A DNA stretch of 64,000 bases from Aplysia californica (taxonomy: Eukaryota), in NCBI RefSeq assembly GCF_000002075.1, contig NW_004797323.1:1428170-1492169 (forward strand), in the 5' to 3' direction. Shown here in pieces: positions 52,244 through 64,000 of this stretch. The translations under genes were made by a program, and so were the position numbers. How positions within the stretch are numbered: the stretch's first letter is position 1; each line of letters begins with the position of its first letter. The notes under the pieces were generated by a model. That model had not been told where the DNA came from, searched no databases, and worked only from the letters and a program-made list of their open reading frames with translations.

Positions 52244-52448
52244 TGAAAAGCGATGTCATGTACATATAACAAATTATTTATACCATCTACTCCAACAGTT
52301 ATATTATGTAAACAGAAAAATAAATAACACAGACATTAATTTTGCTGAAGATTCATCCATTATAGGAATCATCCATTTACAGCAAAAAAAGTTACCTTGA
52401 GGAAGTTAATTTGTTTATTAAACAGTGTGGAGATAACGAATAACTATC

Positions 52449-52494
52449 AGTAAGTAAGTCAAGTAAGTAAGTCAAGTAAGTAAGTAAGTAAGTG

Positions 52495-52558
<64 letters not shown>
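52449..52558. repeat. (TAAG)n microsatellite
   Basis: Direct reading. Confidence 0.95.
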
Positions 52559-52561
<3 letters not shown>

Positions 52562-53228
52562 ACAAAGAGATAATTTTTAATCTTAGAATATGGTTCACTA
52601 AAATGTTCCAGCTTTAGAAATAAATGATGAGACTTAAGATCACCCAGGCATAAAGATAACTAGGAATCACTATAGAAAAGCTGTTGTGAAATGAGCATGT
52701 TGACAATACATCATAAAAAAGCTAAGAGGCTATTTTGTTAAACTTGAGAAAATTAAAGTATAGTATTCATTCAAAATAAAATGATACAATGAAAACTTTT
52801 TACGACAAGGTAAAATTTGAAAGCTAAATAAAAATTCATTGCTTTCAGAATTTCATGGCGGAAACACCTCTCTAACAATTATGTTTGGACAGAAGGGAAA
52901 GCAGAAAAGGTAATGACGACAAAAGTTAACTAAGTTTCAACCATCACGCTGATAGGGCACAGAGGCAGAAGTCAACACCTAAATCTTTTTCACAGAAAAT
53001 TTGCAACTTGAACTTGCACCTATTATCTAGACCTTGGACTTCTGACGAAAAAAAAGGACTTTTATTCATTCAATTTCCTCTGAGTCTAATACAAACTAGA
53101 GAAGGAAGTATCCACCTAAATAAAATAGTTTTGTTGTCATTTCTTTTAAAAAATTCCATAAAACATTTTCTGAAAAGTCCAGTTGAATATAGAGTAAAAA
53201 TTGACCGGATCTAAATCTACATATATAT

Positions 53229-55131
53229 ATGTGTCGCGACGTCGTGGAATCGGGCGCTCGTCAATTTTTGGGTATATATGGGGTTATTGGTATCATGTTA
53301 AAGCCTCTTCATTTGCCTTGCTTATGGTGAAAAATAATCAATCTATGTTGAATGAAAGTTGAAATATTTGCGATTGAAGGAAGTTAGGATCGCCTGGTTT
53401 CAGAGGTGAAATTAGAGAAAATAGACCGCCAAAATTTGGTTATTTCCATTGCTTGAGAGTTCTTGGAAACAGAAAATTGAATTTTTATGCCCCCATGTTT
53501 TAACCCATAATTTGATGTTTTGCAGTTAGGTTTACCCTTTTCTTGAAAGCAATTGATTTGCAACACTTTTAAGGGCTATCATGTGTGTGATTTGCATCAG
53601 AAAATACTGCAGTTTGACCCCCAAAGCAGGGCCTGTGTGTGGAAATGAAAGTAAAAATTTACTAAAGGTATAGTCTCATATTAAATTACCTGTTAACTCT
53701 TCCTGGACGTATCGCTGATATATCTACGCGAGTCCACACCCCTTGCAGATGCATCGCCAATATATCAGCAATGATGGGATACCTCAGTTTTGTTTTGTTT
53801 TAATGCGATTCGTTATTTATAGACCTAAGTACTTATTATTGTTATTGTAAACTTGGGAATGGATTTAGAAAATGAAAATATCTAGTTTCACTTTGTCAAA
53901 GCATCTGTTCGGTGAAAAACAAGTGACTTACATCAACTAAACGATGTAACCAGAATCAGTAGAAATATATATATATACAAACAAAAATGGGAAGATTTAT
54001 GGCTTTCAAATAAAAAGCTGTGCATTCAGAAATTAATGGATATAGGCTACACTCTTGGCTTAACACATGCTGATTTGCTTTGATATGTTTGGTGAGCGTA
54101 ATTTTTTTCAGTCAAAATTTATTTTTCTTATCGCCATCACCCATTCTAACCCTTGTAATGCATATATATGTGTTTAAAATTAATCCTTGTTTCATGCTTG
54201 AATGTATTCTTCATTCAATTTCCTTCAATTTGACTTTGATATATTATTTATATATGTGAGGCATCATGGTGAAATCAGGCGCTTGTCAAAATAATAAACA
54301 CGCCTGTTCAACTCGTCAGCAAACCGCTCCTTTTCATCATTTGTTCAAATTCAATTAAATAAACATGACCCCCTGACCTTCTATCAATGTTTTAAACAAG
54401 TATCCATTTTTCTTTCTTCGTCATCTCATATTTCTTTACCTTGCTTAATTTGTTGCAAGATAGCTTTAAGATATGTCAGATGATGCTTATTCGTAGAATA
54501 CGGTTTGAAGCACAGTTGGTGTTGTAGTTTGGGCTTAGTCGCAGGTAAAACAAAGCCTAAAAAAAATTACTGCAAATTATATAACATTTTCATAGCGAAT
54601 CTGTCAGTCAGGTAAAATTCCCCTCGCTGACCTCTTGACCAGCTGGTAATGGTTGGTTCGAGTTATGCTGAGCGCCGGGGCACTGCGGGGTGTTGGTAGA
54701 ACTAAAGTAGCCGGCTGCCTGTGAACAGCTGAGTGAATTTGAAGAAACCGTCACGTTTCTGCTGGTTTGGCAATTTTTATTGAATTTTTAAAATTTTGGC
54801 TGAACATTGTTTTATGTCCACTTGAAAACACACTTGTGTGGATTTTACAGAAAAACATTGATTAAAGGGACAAAATCTGTAAATTTTCTTTCAAACTCTC
54901 AAGCAGAAGCTATAAGTCACCAGACTTCGGCATCCATTTTCTCGATAACCTCTGAACCCGGTGACCCCCACCTCCATCAATCGCAAATATCTCGACTTCT
55001 ATTTAAGGTAAATAGGTTATTTTTTTTCTCACAAAAAGCAAGGCAAATGAACAGGCTTTAAGATGATACCAATAAATCCATATATGCCTAAAAATTGATG
55101 AGTGCCTGATTCCAACTGCGTCGTTACACAA
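53229..55131. mobile_element. Non-autonomous DNA transposon with ~115-bp TIRs
   Basis: 53231-53340 is the diverged reverse complement of ~55015-55129. Confidence 0.75.
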
Positions 55132-55391
55132 TAAATAAATGTTACCTTTTGAGTGATGGCTATGCTTAAAATTATTTTGTACATCACCTGTTTAGCCAAG
55201 TCTGGCCACAAGTTAACTTACGTCTAGACCCCATTGACCCCCCAAAAACTATGTCTGGAAAGAAATATATGCCCACTAAACTTTGCAGGGCACTTCTGCA
55301 GGCTAGTGACCAAACAAAAATACACACACACAATAAACGACTTACAGTAACCTAGTCTACAAATTGCTCATGACGGGTGAGAAGCAAAACC

Positions 55392-56318
55392 CGCTAAGTG
55401 ACATTATTATTCTGTCATTGTCCGAATAACATTTTTTCATATTCGGACTCGAGTCCGAATAAGAAAAAATGTTATTCGGACACGGGTCCGGAAAAAAGGA
55501 AGTGTCTTCGTTCTATAGATCTAACGTTCAGTGCTTCCAATTTCCCGCCATTTTTTAGTTTCCCCCACACCTTTTCTGCCGATCCGATGCCCGCCGCCTC
55601 ATTGATACGCCACCCCCACCCCCATGTTTCCAACTTTCTTTGTTGTAGAAAAAGGTAAAATTGAAGATTAGCAGATCTCCTGGCACCTACATATTATGAG
55701 CTGTGTAAAAAAAAGAAGACCGATTCGTTCAAATACACAAGCCTGTGTCATCTCGATTGTTTACCAAGAAAAAGTTGTGAGTTGTGTTGCTGTGTAGAGC
55801 CGAGCATACGGCAACTTTTGATTCCATAGACCAGCGCACAATTCATTTCGTAGATGTACGTCAAGACTAGCTTATTGTAATAATGATCAGTTGCCGGGGG
55901 GGGGGCTGACGCGTATGCGACGTTCAACGCCTGGACCGATAGCGCCCCCCCTCCCCTGACACGCACACACAGCCACACGTGTGCAGGCCGCCCATCCGAC
56001 CCCGACACACGCTAACAAGCCATCTTTAATTGCTTCTGATGACCTCTTGACAAATAAACATTTATTAGAAGCGCTCTAACTTTTCAGGCCGGCCTCAAAT
56101 TCATCATAAGATAAAAACTCGGCTCCGGCACAATTTAACGCCATCTTGCCCAAAGTGATCCCGGTCTCTACCCAGCCTGAGGCAAGTCACGAGTGAGGCA
56201 GGACAGGAAGCCGGAGTCACGAGTCACAGGAAGTCGGAAGTGATGTCATGCTGGACAAGAATCAGAGTCCGAATAACATTTTTTCATATTCGGACTCGAG
56301 TCCGAATAGTCACTTCGT
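55392..56318 (-). mobile_element. TIR element with palindromic ends and a possible MULE/ZSWIM3-like transposase start
   Basis: TATTCGGACTCGAGTCCGAATA...AAAAAATGTTATTCGGAC inverted at both ends; MALNCAGAEFLSYDEFEAGLK at 56144-56082. Confidence 0.5.
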
Positions 56319-56694
56319 TTGGAAAATATTGAGATTTTTTTTCTTAAATACAAAAATGCACACACATATATATATGTTACGGTACCGGCTATCACATGCA
56401 CAGTGTTCAGCCAAAACCCAAAACATCCTTCAGAACCACAAAAAAATCTTCTTTTTACGCAAAACCCGTTACATCCAAAATCATATTTTTTCTAGACTCG
56501 ATATTCTAAAATTTTCTCTACCAGTCAATTAAATTTCCAGATCCTGTCACTTGACTTCCTCTTCAAAAGGGTGTTCACATTATAGAGTAAGTAGTTTTGT
56601 CCAGCCCAAAACAATATCAGCTCATTTAGTTCGAAAGAGATAGATAGCTCACCAACACCCTCTACCAGCACACAAAAAATCAATTCTTATCTAT

Positions 56695-57215
56695 TTGTTT
56701 TTGTAAAGTGTTTTACGGCGCTCGCAACTGCATAGGTCATATGAGCTCGCGGGACACACCTAATATTTTCAGTTGATAGGAAATTTGGAATTTTTGCCCG
56801 GGTGGCGGCCGAAGCCTACTCTTATCGATTTTAGACCACCAAGGGATCTTTAACGTGCGCAACTTGCACACGGGCCCTCCGAGATTTTTCGCCCTTGTCC
56901 GAGAAGGCTAGGTGTAGATCTTTCCTACCAGAAGATCAGAGGTGTGGCAGAAAGACAGCAGTAAGGAGGAGCCAAGGAGTAGCAGTAGAAAGGCTGCAGA
57001 AAGAGTCAGGAGCCCAGAGGAGGGAGCAAAGGAGGTGAGGGGGTGGGGGCAGAAAGTGGAATTGAAAGCAGACAACAGAACATTGCTAGAGCTGGAAAGG
57101 AGGTGAAAGGAGACAATTTTAGAGAAGAAAATTTTTCGGTCGCTACCCGGATTCGAACCCGGGGACCTTTGAATGAGAGGCCAACACCTTAACCTCTAGG
57201 CCACGAGAGCCCCCT
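56695..57215 (-). mobile_element. Deu/Nin-like SINE, copy 2
   Basis: Highly similar to copy 1; 12-bp TSD ATTC(T/C)TATCTAT. Confidence 0.85.
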
Positions 57216-58030
57216 ATTCCTATCTATGACAGCTTTCTAAAAGTGTTGTAGAGTGGACCATTCTTTTTTCAGGATCTGGTTTTGTCAAATTATTACTAAA
57301 TTTTCTCGAAAGTGCTACTAAAATGGATGGTCGCAGCTCAGGTTTTGCATGATCTCAGTCCCTCATGAATATTTTCAGACAGCAACACCACCTCTTCTGG
57401 GACATTTCAGAGACCACTTTGCCTCCACAATTTAGTGTTAAAGCTTAGATTTCATCTCACCACTGTCTAGTCATCTCCACGTGAGTCTTTACTCTTGAAA
57501 AATACTCAACCCATTTGTTGGACCGCATTTCATGGACAGTGTGTGTTGTGGGAAGCAGCAGTAAACTTTTTTAATTTTCCGTACTTTACTTTAGTAAAGG
57601 TGCGTGCTCTATAAATCCCCTTTAGATTTTATTTTCCTACGGACTGTTTACTTTCCTGCTGAAATTTTGGCTGAAGTAACACAGTAACATCAAAATAAAT
57701 GTGTTGCAACCTTAGATTATAATAGTTACTTTCTTTGTGTCTGACTTTATGTACGAATGATGAAAGAATGAATTTTATTTTAGATTGTTGATCATCCAAT
57801 TTTTAAACTTGACCTGTGTGCAAAGATTTGAGATTACGAGAACAAGATAAACCGAGCGATTTGATTTTAAATGACATCATTCATCAACCCCTTTCAAGAC
57901 AGAGCATAGTAAGCTAGGCCTAACATTATCTAAATTATTTTACATTATAGGACAGCACTGCCGTAGTCTGCCAGTCTGTCGTAGAGGAACAGAGGGGCCT
58001 CTAGTCCAGTACTCTACTCCTTGTCTACAA

Positions 58031-60400
58031 GAGTACATCCTGTGGTGCCATATATACAGTAAGCGATCTTTTGTGGATATCTCTGGAAGTTACAGGTCGA
58101 TCTTCATGATTTTTTCAGCAGAAGTTAGAAAAACTTCCTCTCTATACGGTGTAGCGCATTACTGTAACAGCAGTTAAAAATTTCTATATTTTGCGGTGGT
58201 GTTTGTTTGGTAACGTGTGTCTGGTTTGGTGCGCAAGGTGTCTGTTTGGTGCAACATATATTGTCTGGTTGGGTGCGCAATAGTTCCACGTTTACAGCTC
58301 TAGATCTAGATCTAGAGTAGGGCCGCGTCACCGCGCATCTGTTTGGGTGTGCAACCCCCGGTCTCCTGCTTTGTTTTGGATAAGAACAGCGAAAACGAGG
58401 TCACTTTCTGTGAGCATGCGCAGAATGCAGCTTATTTCACTTTCGTTTTGGAGGTTCCCGTCAACACACGTGATTCTACGGTTTCGGAAAGTTTTGCCCA
58501 GTGAATTTACTAAGCGCTTGAGTAGTCGATTATTTAGCACATCTAGCTAATCTAGCTCTAATGTATCGTAGAATGTATACTAGAATCGATAAATACTATC
58601 GCAGGCTGCTTCTTAGTGCCCAGGAACATGCCAGATAGGGTTGCGCACTGAAGCAGACCAAATTTGTGCAGTCCGTTTCAGTGCGCAACATCGGCTTTTT
58701 TGCTATTTGGCATTGATAGTGTGGCTTCTAGGCCCTTTGGTTGTTTTACTTATTAAGTTATTTCTTTATGACCTGCATTGTGCACTGAAACAGACTGTTA
58801 TCCTTCCGTTTGGATGCATTATATATTGCCATTGGAAGATGATCAGTATGTATTCATGTCAAAATTAATTAATATGGAAATTAAATCTCCAAAATGTTCA
58901 ATTTCTTCTTTTCATGTCTTTTTCTTCTTCTTTTTTGTCCTTTTCCTTTTTAAAAGAATACTAGTCTAGGTATAGTCTAATTCTTGTTTTCTTCTTTCAC
59001 CTCCTTGTGTCCACAGCACCTTTCTTTTTCAATTTCTTCTTTTCACGTTTTTTTCTTCTTTTTTGTGTCTTTTTCCTTCAAAAATACTAGTCTAGAGGTA
59101 TAGTCTAATTCTTGTTTTCTTCTTTCCCCTTCTCGTGTCCACAGCACCTTTCTTTTTATCCATTATCAAAACACATACACACAGTGTAAGGAAATCTCCT
59201 GTTTGGGGGCCCACAGCCCCCAAAAAGAACACGCCTCATTGACCTAAGTGGCCTTCCGTTATGGTCAGTACAGGAACTTCTTGCAAGGAAAAAAAGACAA
59301 GGCCACGATAGAGAAAGATGAAAAGTGTCAGAAAAGAGCTACATCTAGATCTGGAGCTGTAAACATGGTACTATTGTGCACCCAACCAGACGACATTATA
59401 TGTTGCACCAAACAGACACCTTGCGCACCAAACAGACACACGTTACCAAACAAACACCACCACAACATATAGAAATTTTTAAACTGCTGTTACAGTAATG
59501 CGCTACACTGTATAGAGAGGAAGTTTTTCTAACTTCTGGTGAAAAAATCATGGAGATCGACCTGTAACTTCCAGAGATATATCCACAAAAGATTGCTTAC
59601 TGTTTTATATCGCACCACAGGATGTACTCTAGCTCTTTTCTGACACTTTTCATCTTTCTCTATCCTGGCCTTGTCTTCTTTTCCTTGCAAGAAATTCCTG
59701 TACTGACCATAACGGAAGGCCAACAAGGTCAATGAGGCGTGTTCTTTTTGGGAGCTGTGCGCCCCCTAACAGGAGATTTCCTTACACCGTGTGTATGTGT
59801 TTTGATAAAATGGATAAAAAGAAAGGTGCTGTGGACACAAGAAGGGGAATATAATGCATCCAAATGGAAGGAAAACAGTCTGTTTCAGTGCACAATGCAG
59901 GTCATTTAAAGAAATAACTTAATAAGTAAAACAAACAAAGGCAAAGGGCCCAGAAGCCACACTATCAATGCCAAATAGCAAAAAAGCCGATATTGCGCAC
60001 TGAAACGGACTGCATAAATTTGGTCTGCTTCAGTGCGTAACCCAATCTGGCATATTCCTGGGCATTAAGAAGCAGCCTGCGATAGTAGATTCTAGTATAC
60101 ATTCTACGATACATTAAAGCTAGATTAACTAGATATGGGTTAAATAATCGACTACTCAAGCGCTTAGCTTAGACTAGTAAATTCACCGATACCGGTTATG
60201 AAAACCATTAATATGAAGAGGCAAAACTTTCCGACACCGTAGAATCACGTGTGTTGACGGGAACCTCCAAAACGAAAGTGAAATAAGCTGCATTCTGCGC
60301 ATGCTCACACTCACAGAAAGTGACCTCGTTTTCGCTGTTCTTATATCCAAAACAAAGCAGGAGACCGGGGGTTGCGCACCCAAAGAGATGCGCAGTGACC
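58031..60400. repeat. Complex inverted duplication A-B-C-D / A'-D'-B'
   Basis: A 58031-58310 vs 59344-59628; B ~58325-58822 vs ~59850-60400; D ~59126-59341 vs 59630-59848, all reverse-complement. Confidence 0.9.
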
Positions 60401-60835
60401 TGGTTAGACTCTAGAGCTCTAGATCTAGAGCTCTAGATCTAGTAGTATGTTGAGTAGGCCACTGGCTACTGATTCATGATGAGTGAGAGTGGCTGTCAAA
60501 TTTGACAAATTCCTCTACCCCTAGATCTAGAATCTAACTCTAAAACAATGAACAATACCAACTTGGAATTTAATATTAACAAAGCATAAACTCATCTTTG
60601 AAAAAGGCAGAGAGCTAAGGGGAGTGAGGGTATGATCATACAACCCCCCCATTTTCGTTTGTTTTTGGCTTTCACTTTCGACTTCGGTGTCTTGGTCTCT
60701 CCTTTCGCCTTGTTTGTCAACACAGTCAATAGACAATAATAGTTTTGTTTAGAATCATTTATCATTTAGACTGTCGCTAGTAACATTAAGTTACAGATTC
60801 TGAATCGAACCAAAATCAATTTTCAAACAACTCAC

Positions 60836-60870
60836 GAGAATCTCCTGGCTGGTCTTGGAGAAGAATCCAT
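60836..60870 (-). CDS. Candidate first coding exon of CENP-U-like gene (alternative in-frame ATG at 60900)
   Basis: MDSSPRPARRF(S), TC|gtgagt donor; phase 2 matches exon 50680-50755; promoter-like motifs just upstream. Confidence 0.5.
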
Positions 60871-60929
60871 AGATACAAGAGAAACTCTATCCCATAACAT
60901 CTAAAAATAATGCATTTCAAATGTCTTGT

Positions 60930-61010
60930 GCGCGGCCATTTTGTTTACAATAGAGGCAATTTTATAGGTTAGGAGGAAGTTATATTTTGGCCGCAAGAAA
61001 ACGGAAATAC
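60930..61010 (-). promoter_or_regulatory. Candidate TATA-less promoter of the CENP-U-like gene
   Basis: YY1-type AAAATGGCCGCG on - strand (60931-60942); GGAAGT and CGGAAAT ETS-like cores nearby. Confidence 0.35.
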
Positions 61011-61769
61011 AGAGAGAGAGAGCATTTCGCTCTTTTCCTTTTCGTTACCATTATAATACTTATAATTTTGACATGGCAACTAATTATAAAAAATGTTTTA
61101 CAACCTTTGTCCTGCAATTTTCCCTGTAAATTTGTACTGACTAAAGTCTACCCAAGTTTACTGTTGATCTGGGGAGCTTCTTTGCCATCCAAATCTACAT
61201 AGTCACTTTTTTTTGGGGTCGTTTGTTACTCTTATATTGGACACGGTACATGTATTTCTTTTTGTGTTTGTCTAGTTTTGTAACGACTAACAAATAACTT
61301 TGTTTAACAACCTGGGTCTGCAATTTTACTAGCAGATTGTAGCTTACTAACTTTACAATAGCCAAATCCAGTTTCGAACTCAGAGACTTGAAACAGGCTT
61401 ATTCTTTGTCGCTAAATGTTAATTAATGTCCTTATTAATACGTTCTGCTGGTCGTAGTGTTGAACATAGGCCTAATCTATTTATTTATGTCTACAAGTAA
61501 TTTGTAACAGCCAAAACAGATTTTGTTTTACCCCCTATATCTTGCAATTTTACGTAAAAATGTATCATGACTAAACCTAACCAAGCCTTAGTAGGCCAAG
61601 TAATCCGAGAAGCTAGATTAAAAAGCCGACATGCTCTTTATTGTCATCTAAATCTATTTAACTTTGTAACTTTTTATGCCAGTCGTTACACTGTCAGTAT
61701 TGGAGGTGACCTGTCCTGTTTTGAGATCTCGAGACTGAAACAGCTTCATTCCTTCGTCATTCAAATTTT

Positions 61770-61948
61770 CGGGTATTTATCTTTGTCGAGATAACAACAA
61801 ATAACAACTGATAACAATAAAACAACGACAGATATCAACACAAACGTCCTAATTTAGTTACCTTTACTTGGTTTTTAAGGTAGTTTGTTGTTATTTGTTG
61901 TTATCATGAGTTGTTATTTGTGGTCATCTCGACAAAGATAAATACTCA
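61770..61948. mobile_element. Hairpin MITE
   Basis: GTATTTATCTTTGTCGAGAT / ATCTCGACAAAGATAAATAC with internal ATAACAAC repeats. Confidence 0.7.
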
Positions 61949-62393
61949 GTGTTGAACATGATCTGTTTATTTATGTGTATGTCTAATTGTCATAAATAAC
62001 AAATAGTTTTGTATTACAACCCCCGTCCTGCAAGTTTGCAAGCAAGTTGAATTATTTCTCTGTCATCCGAAAGTCTTTAATAAGATGTTGTGCTGATCGT
62101 TGCACTCTCAACTCTCAATGTAGAACATAATTAGCCTACTATTTTTACTTATGTGTAGGCTTACGGTAATATAATATATGTCTATAGGCCTACTTGTAGC
62201 TTGGTGGGTCCTTGACTAAAATATTACTCACAGATTTGTTTTAAAACAGTTCAGGTCCGAGTGTTCAACGAGGGTAGTCGACCTAGTATAAGACGAGGTA
62301 AAGACGTTTGTAATCTTTCGGATTGTCTAAAATTAATGTTAAGCAGGGATCTGTTCTTGCTCTCATTACATAAATATTCTACAATTGGATATT

Positions 62394-62644
62394 NNNNNNN
62401 NNNNNNNNNNNNNNNNNNNNNNNNNNNNNNNNNNNNNNNNNNNNNNNNNNNNNNNNNNNNNNNNNNNNNNNNNNNNNNNNNNNNNNNNNNNNNNNNNNNN
62501 NNNNNNNNNNNNNNNNNNNNNNNNNNNNNNNNNNNNNNNNNNNNNNNNNNNNNNNNNNNNNNNNNNNNNNNNNNNNNNNNNNNNNNNNNNNNNNNNNNNN
62601 NNNNNNNNNNNNNNNNNNNNNNNNNNNNNNNNNNNNNNNNNNNN
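62394..62644. other. Assembly gap
   Basis: N run. Confidence 1.
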
Positions 62645-62880
62645 GCATATGTTTTATTAGACTGCATTCTTCTTTAAGAAGAACAGAGAGATCAATAAGA
62701 ACGGATCCAAATACATTCCCAATGGAGTAACAAACACTAGTGAACTGTCTGAAAAAAATTCTCCAATCTTTTGGATCATAGTCATTGTCAGATACACCCA
62801 ATGCACGTAGTAGATCTGGTACGTCGAGAGAGAAATCCTTGTATGTTGTATGTACCGAAGAAGTTTCCTTTCCCTACTAC
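62645..62880 (-). mobile_element. Chapaev3-type transposase fragment, truncated by the N gap
   Basis: YDPKDWRIF...GNVFGSVLI..SVLLKEE resembles Chapaev3 Y.P.EWRLFIDSS...HNGN...S.P..HSV.LKE; frameshifted. Confidence 0.65.
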
Positions 62881-64000
62881 GATAAAACGTTCTCTTTATA
62901 TCATTTTAAAGTTCTTTTTCTTGAAGTCAAAAGTTCTGATAAACCGTTCTAAAAATATAATGCACTTCTGGTTGACTGAAACAACTATGCATTGAAGTCG
63001 ATTTTTGTGAAATTTGATTTTCATCCTTAACTAAGCTTGTAGCCTACATGTACCACTTTTGCTATAGCCCCAAGCACTGTTTTTGCGATAAAAAGCGGTA
63101 TTTACAGAAGGCTAAAACGCCAATGCTTTTGCAAGACTTTTAAAGGCATTTTGATGTAAAAAAAAAAGAAGAAAATAAAAAGAAAGAAAAGAAAAATGGA
63201 TAGGAGTGGGGCTATATCTTTGCAGAGCTATTAAGTAGTTGTATTTTATTACGTTTATGTTTACCTGTTAAAAGATTCAGAGTAATGTGAAATCCTTGTG
63301 AAAGAGAAATACGAAAACTTAAACCCTCATCTCCGATGGAGAAATGTTTGATCGTTAGCCCTAACAGCATAATTAATGCGTGGTGTCAGATAGCACAAAC
63401 CAAAATTAAGTTGGATATTTAAGAAGTACAAAGGGCATGGGGCTCTCAACTGAGGACTGGTATGAGATGGATTGAGGAAAGAGAGAACAAGAATGACGTT
63501 TCGGTTTCTCGAGCATTGTAGGACAAAGCTCAGCACAATCAAACAGTTGCAAGGATTTTCTGGTGGGTATATTAATAAAGACTCTTTTTTGGTGGAAGAA
63601 ATGTGGGTGCCGGTTTAGTTGAAGGTTTACCGCGTTGTTTCTGGTTTAGTTGAAAGTGTACCACTGGACCAGTCTGACAACTGGTCAAGCTGAAGATCCA
63701 CCAGTTTATATAGGCTTGGGGCTTGTAACAAGGATCAGTTTACATAATTTTCTATTTACTTTTATATTGGTTTAGGACAGTCACTGGCTGTATTAAACAT
63801 GTTTTTGTTGATGAAGTTTGTTGGGGAGGGGGCGGGGGAGTGCGAGCAGAGGAAGGGGGGGGGGGGCGTTCTGGGGTGCTGGCTTTTATGGATCTTTAAC
63901 CCTGGTCATGCATGCTTTCGAGGCAATGAACGTACCGGTACCGTGCTGATAAGCTAGTCTGCCATGCTGAGATTAGAGGGGCAACATACAGTTAGATCCA

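Noticed and set aside
50755-56144. Direct splice of MALNCAGAEFLSYDEFEAGLK to exon 2, giving a ZSWIM3-like N-terminus
   Set aside because: Phase 1 donor versus phase 2 acceptor, and no bridging exon found; the 60836 donor fits instead.

Overview
Eukaryotic, AT-rich, repeat-dense metazoan DNA, probably a lophotrochozoan such as a gastropod (inferred from the repeat families). Two spliced genes converge. (1) The + strand carries the 3' part of a Sidekick (sdk) cell-adhesion gene in 10 phase-consistent exons (394-13356): three FN3 domains, the TM helix, and a cytoplasmic tail ending in the diagnostic GFSSFV PDZ ligand. (2) The - strand carries an ~855-aa gene in 10 phase-consistent exons (60870 to 34942). 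Its C-terminal coiled coil resembles CENP-U/PBIP1, and its greatly expanded N-terminus has a duplicated S-T-P module. The rest is transposon-derived: an internally deleted Chapaev/N-RAG-TP-type element with a RAG1-N-terminal-like zinc domain and bipartite ends whose spacers differ by 11 bp (10 vs 21, as in 12/23 RSS), a Sola1 relic, a Chapaev3 fragment, Tigger-, piggyBac- and hAT-like MITEs, tRNA-derived SINEs (CORE-type and Deu/Nin-type), RTE and L2/Rex LINE ends, and a 2.4-kb permuted inverted duplication. There are two N gaps and no CRISPR, rRNA or true tRNA genes. Family assignments come from motif recognition by eye, not from database searches.
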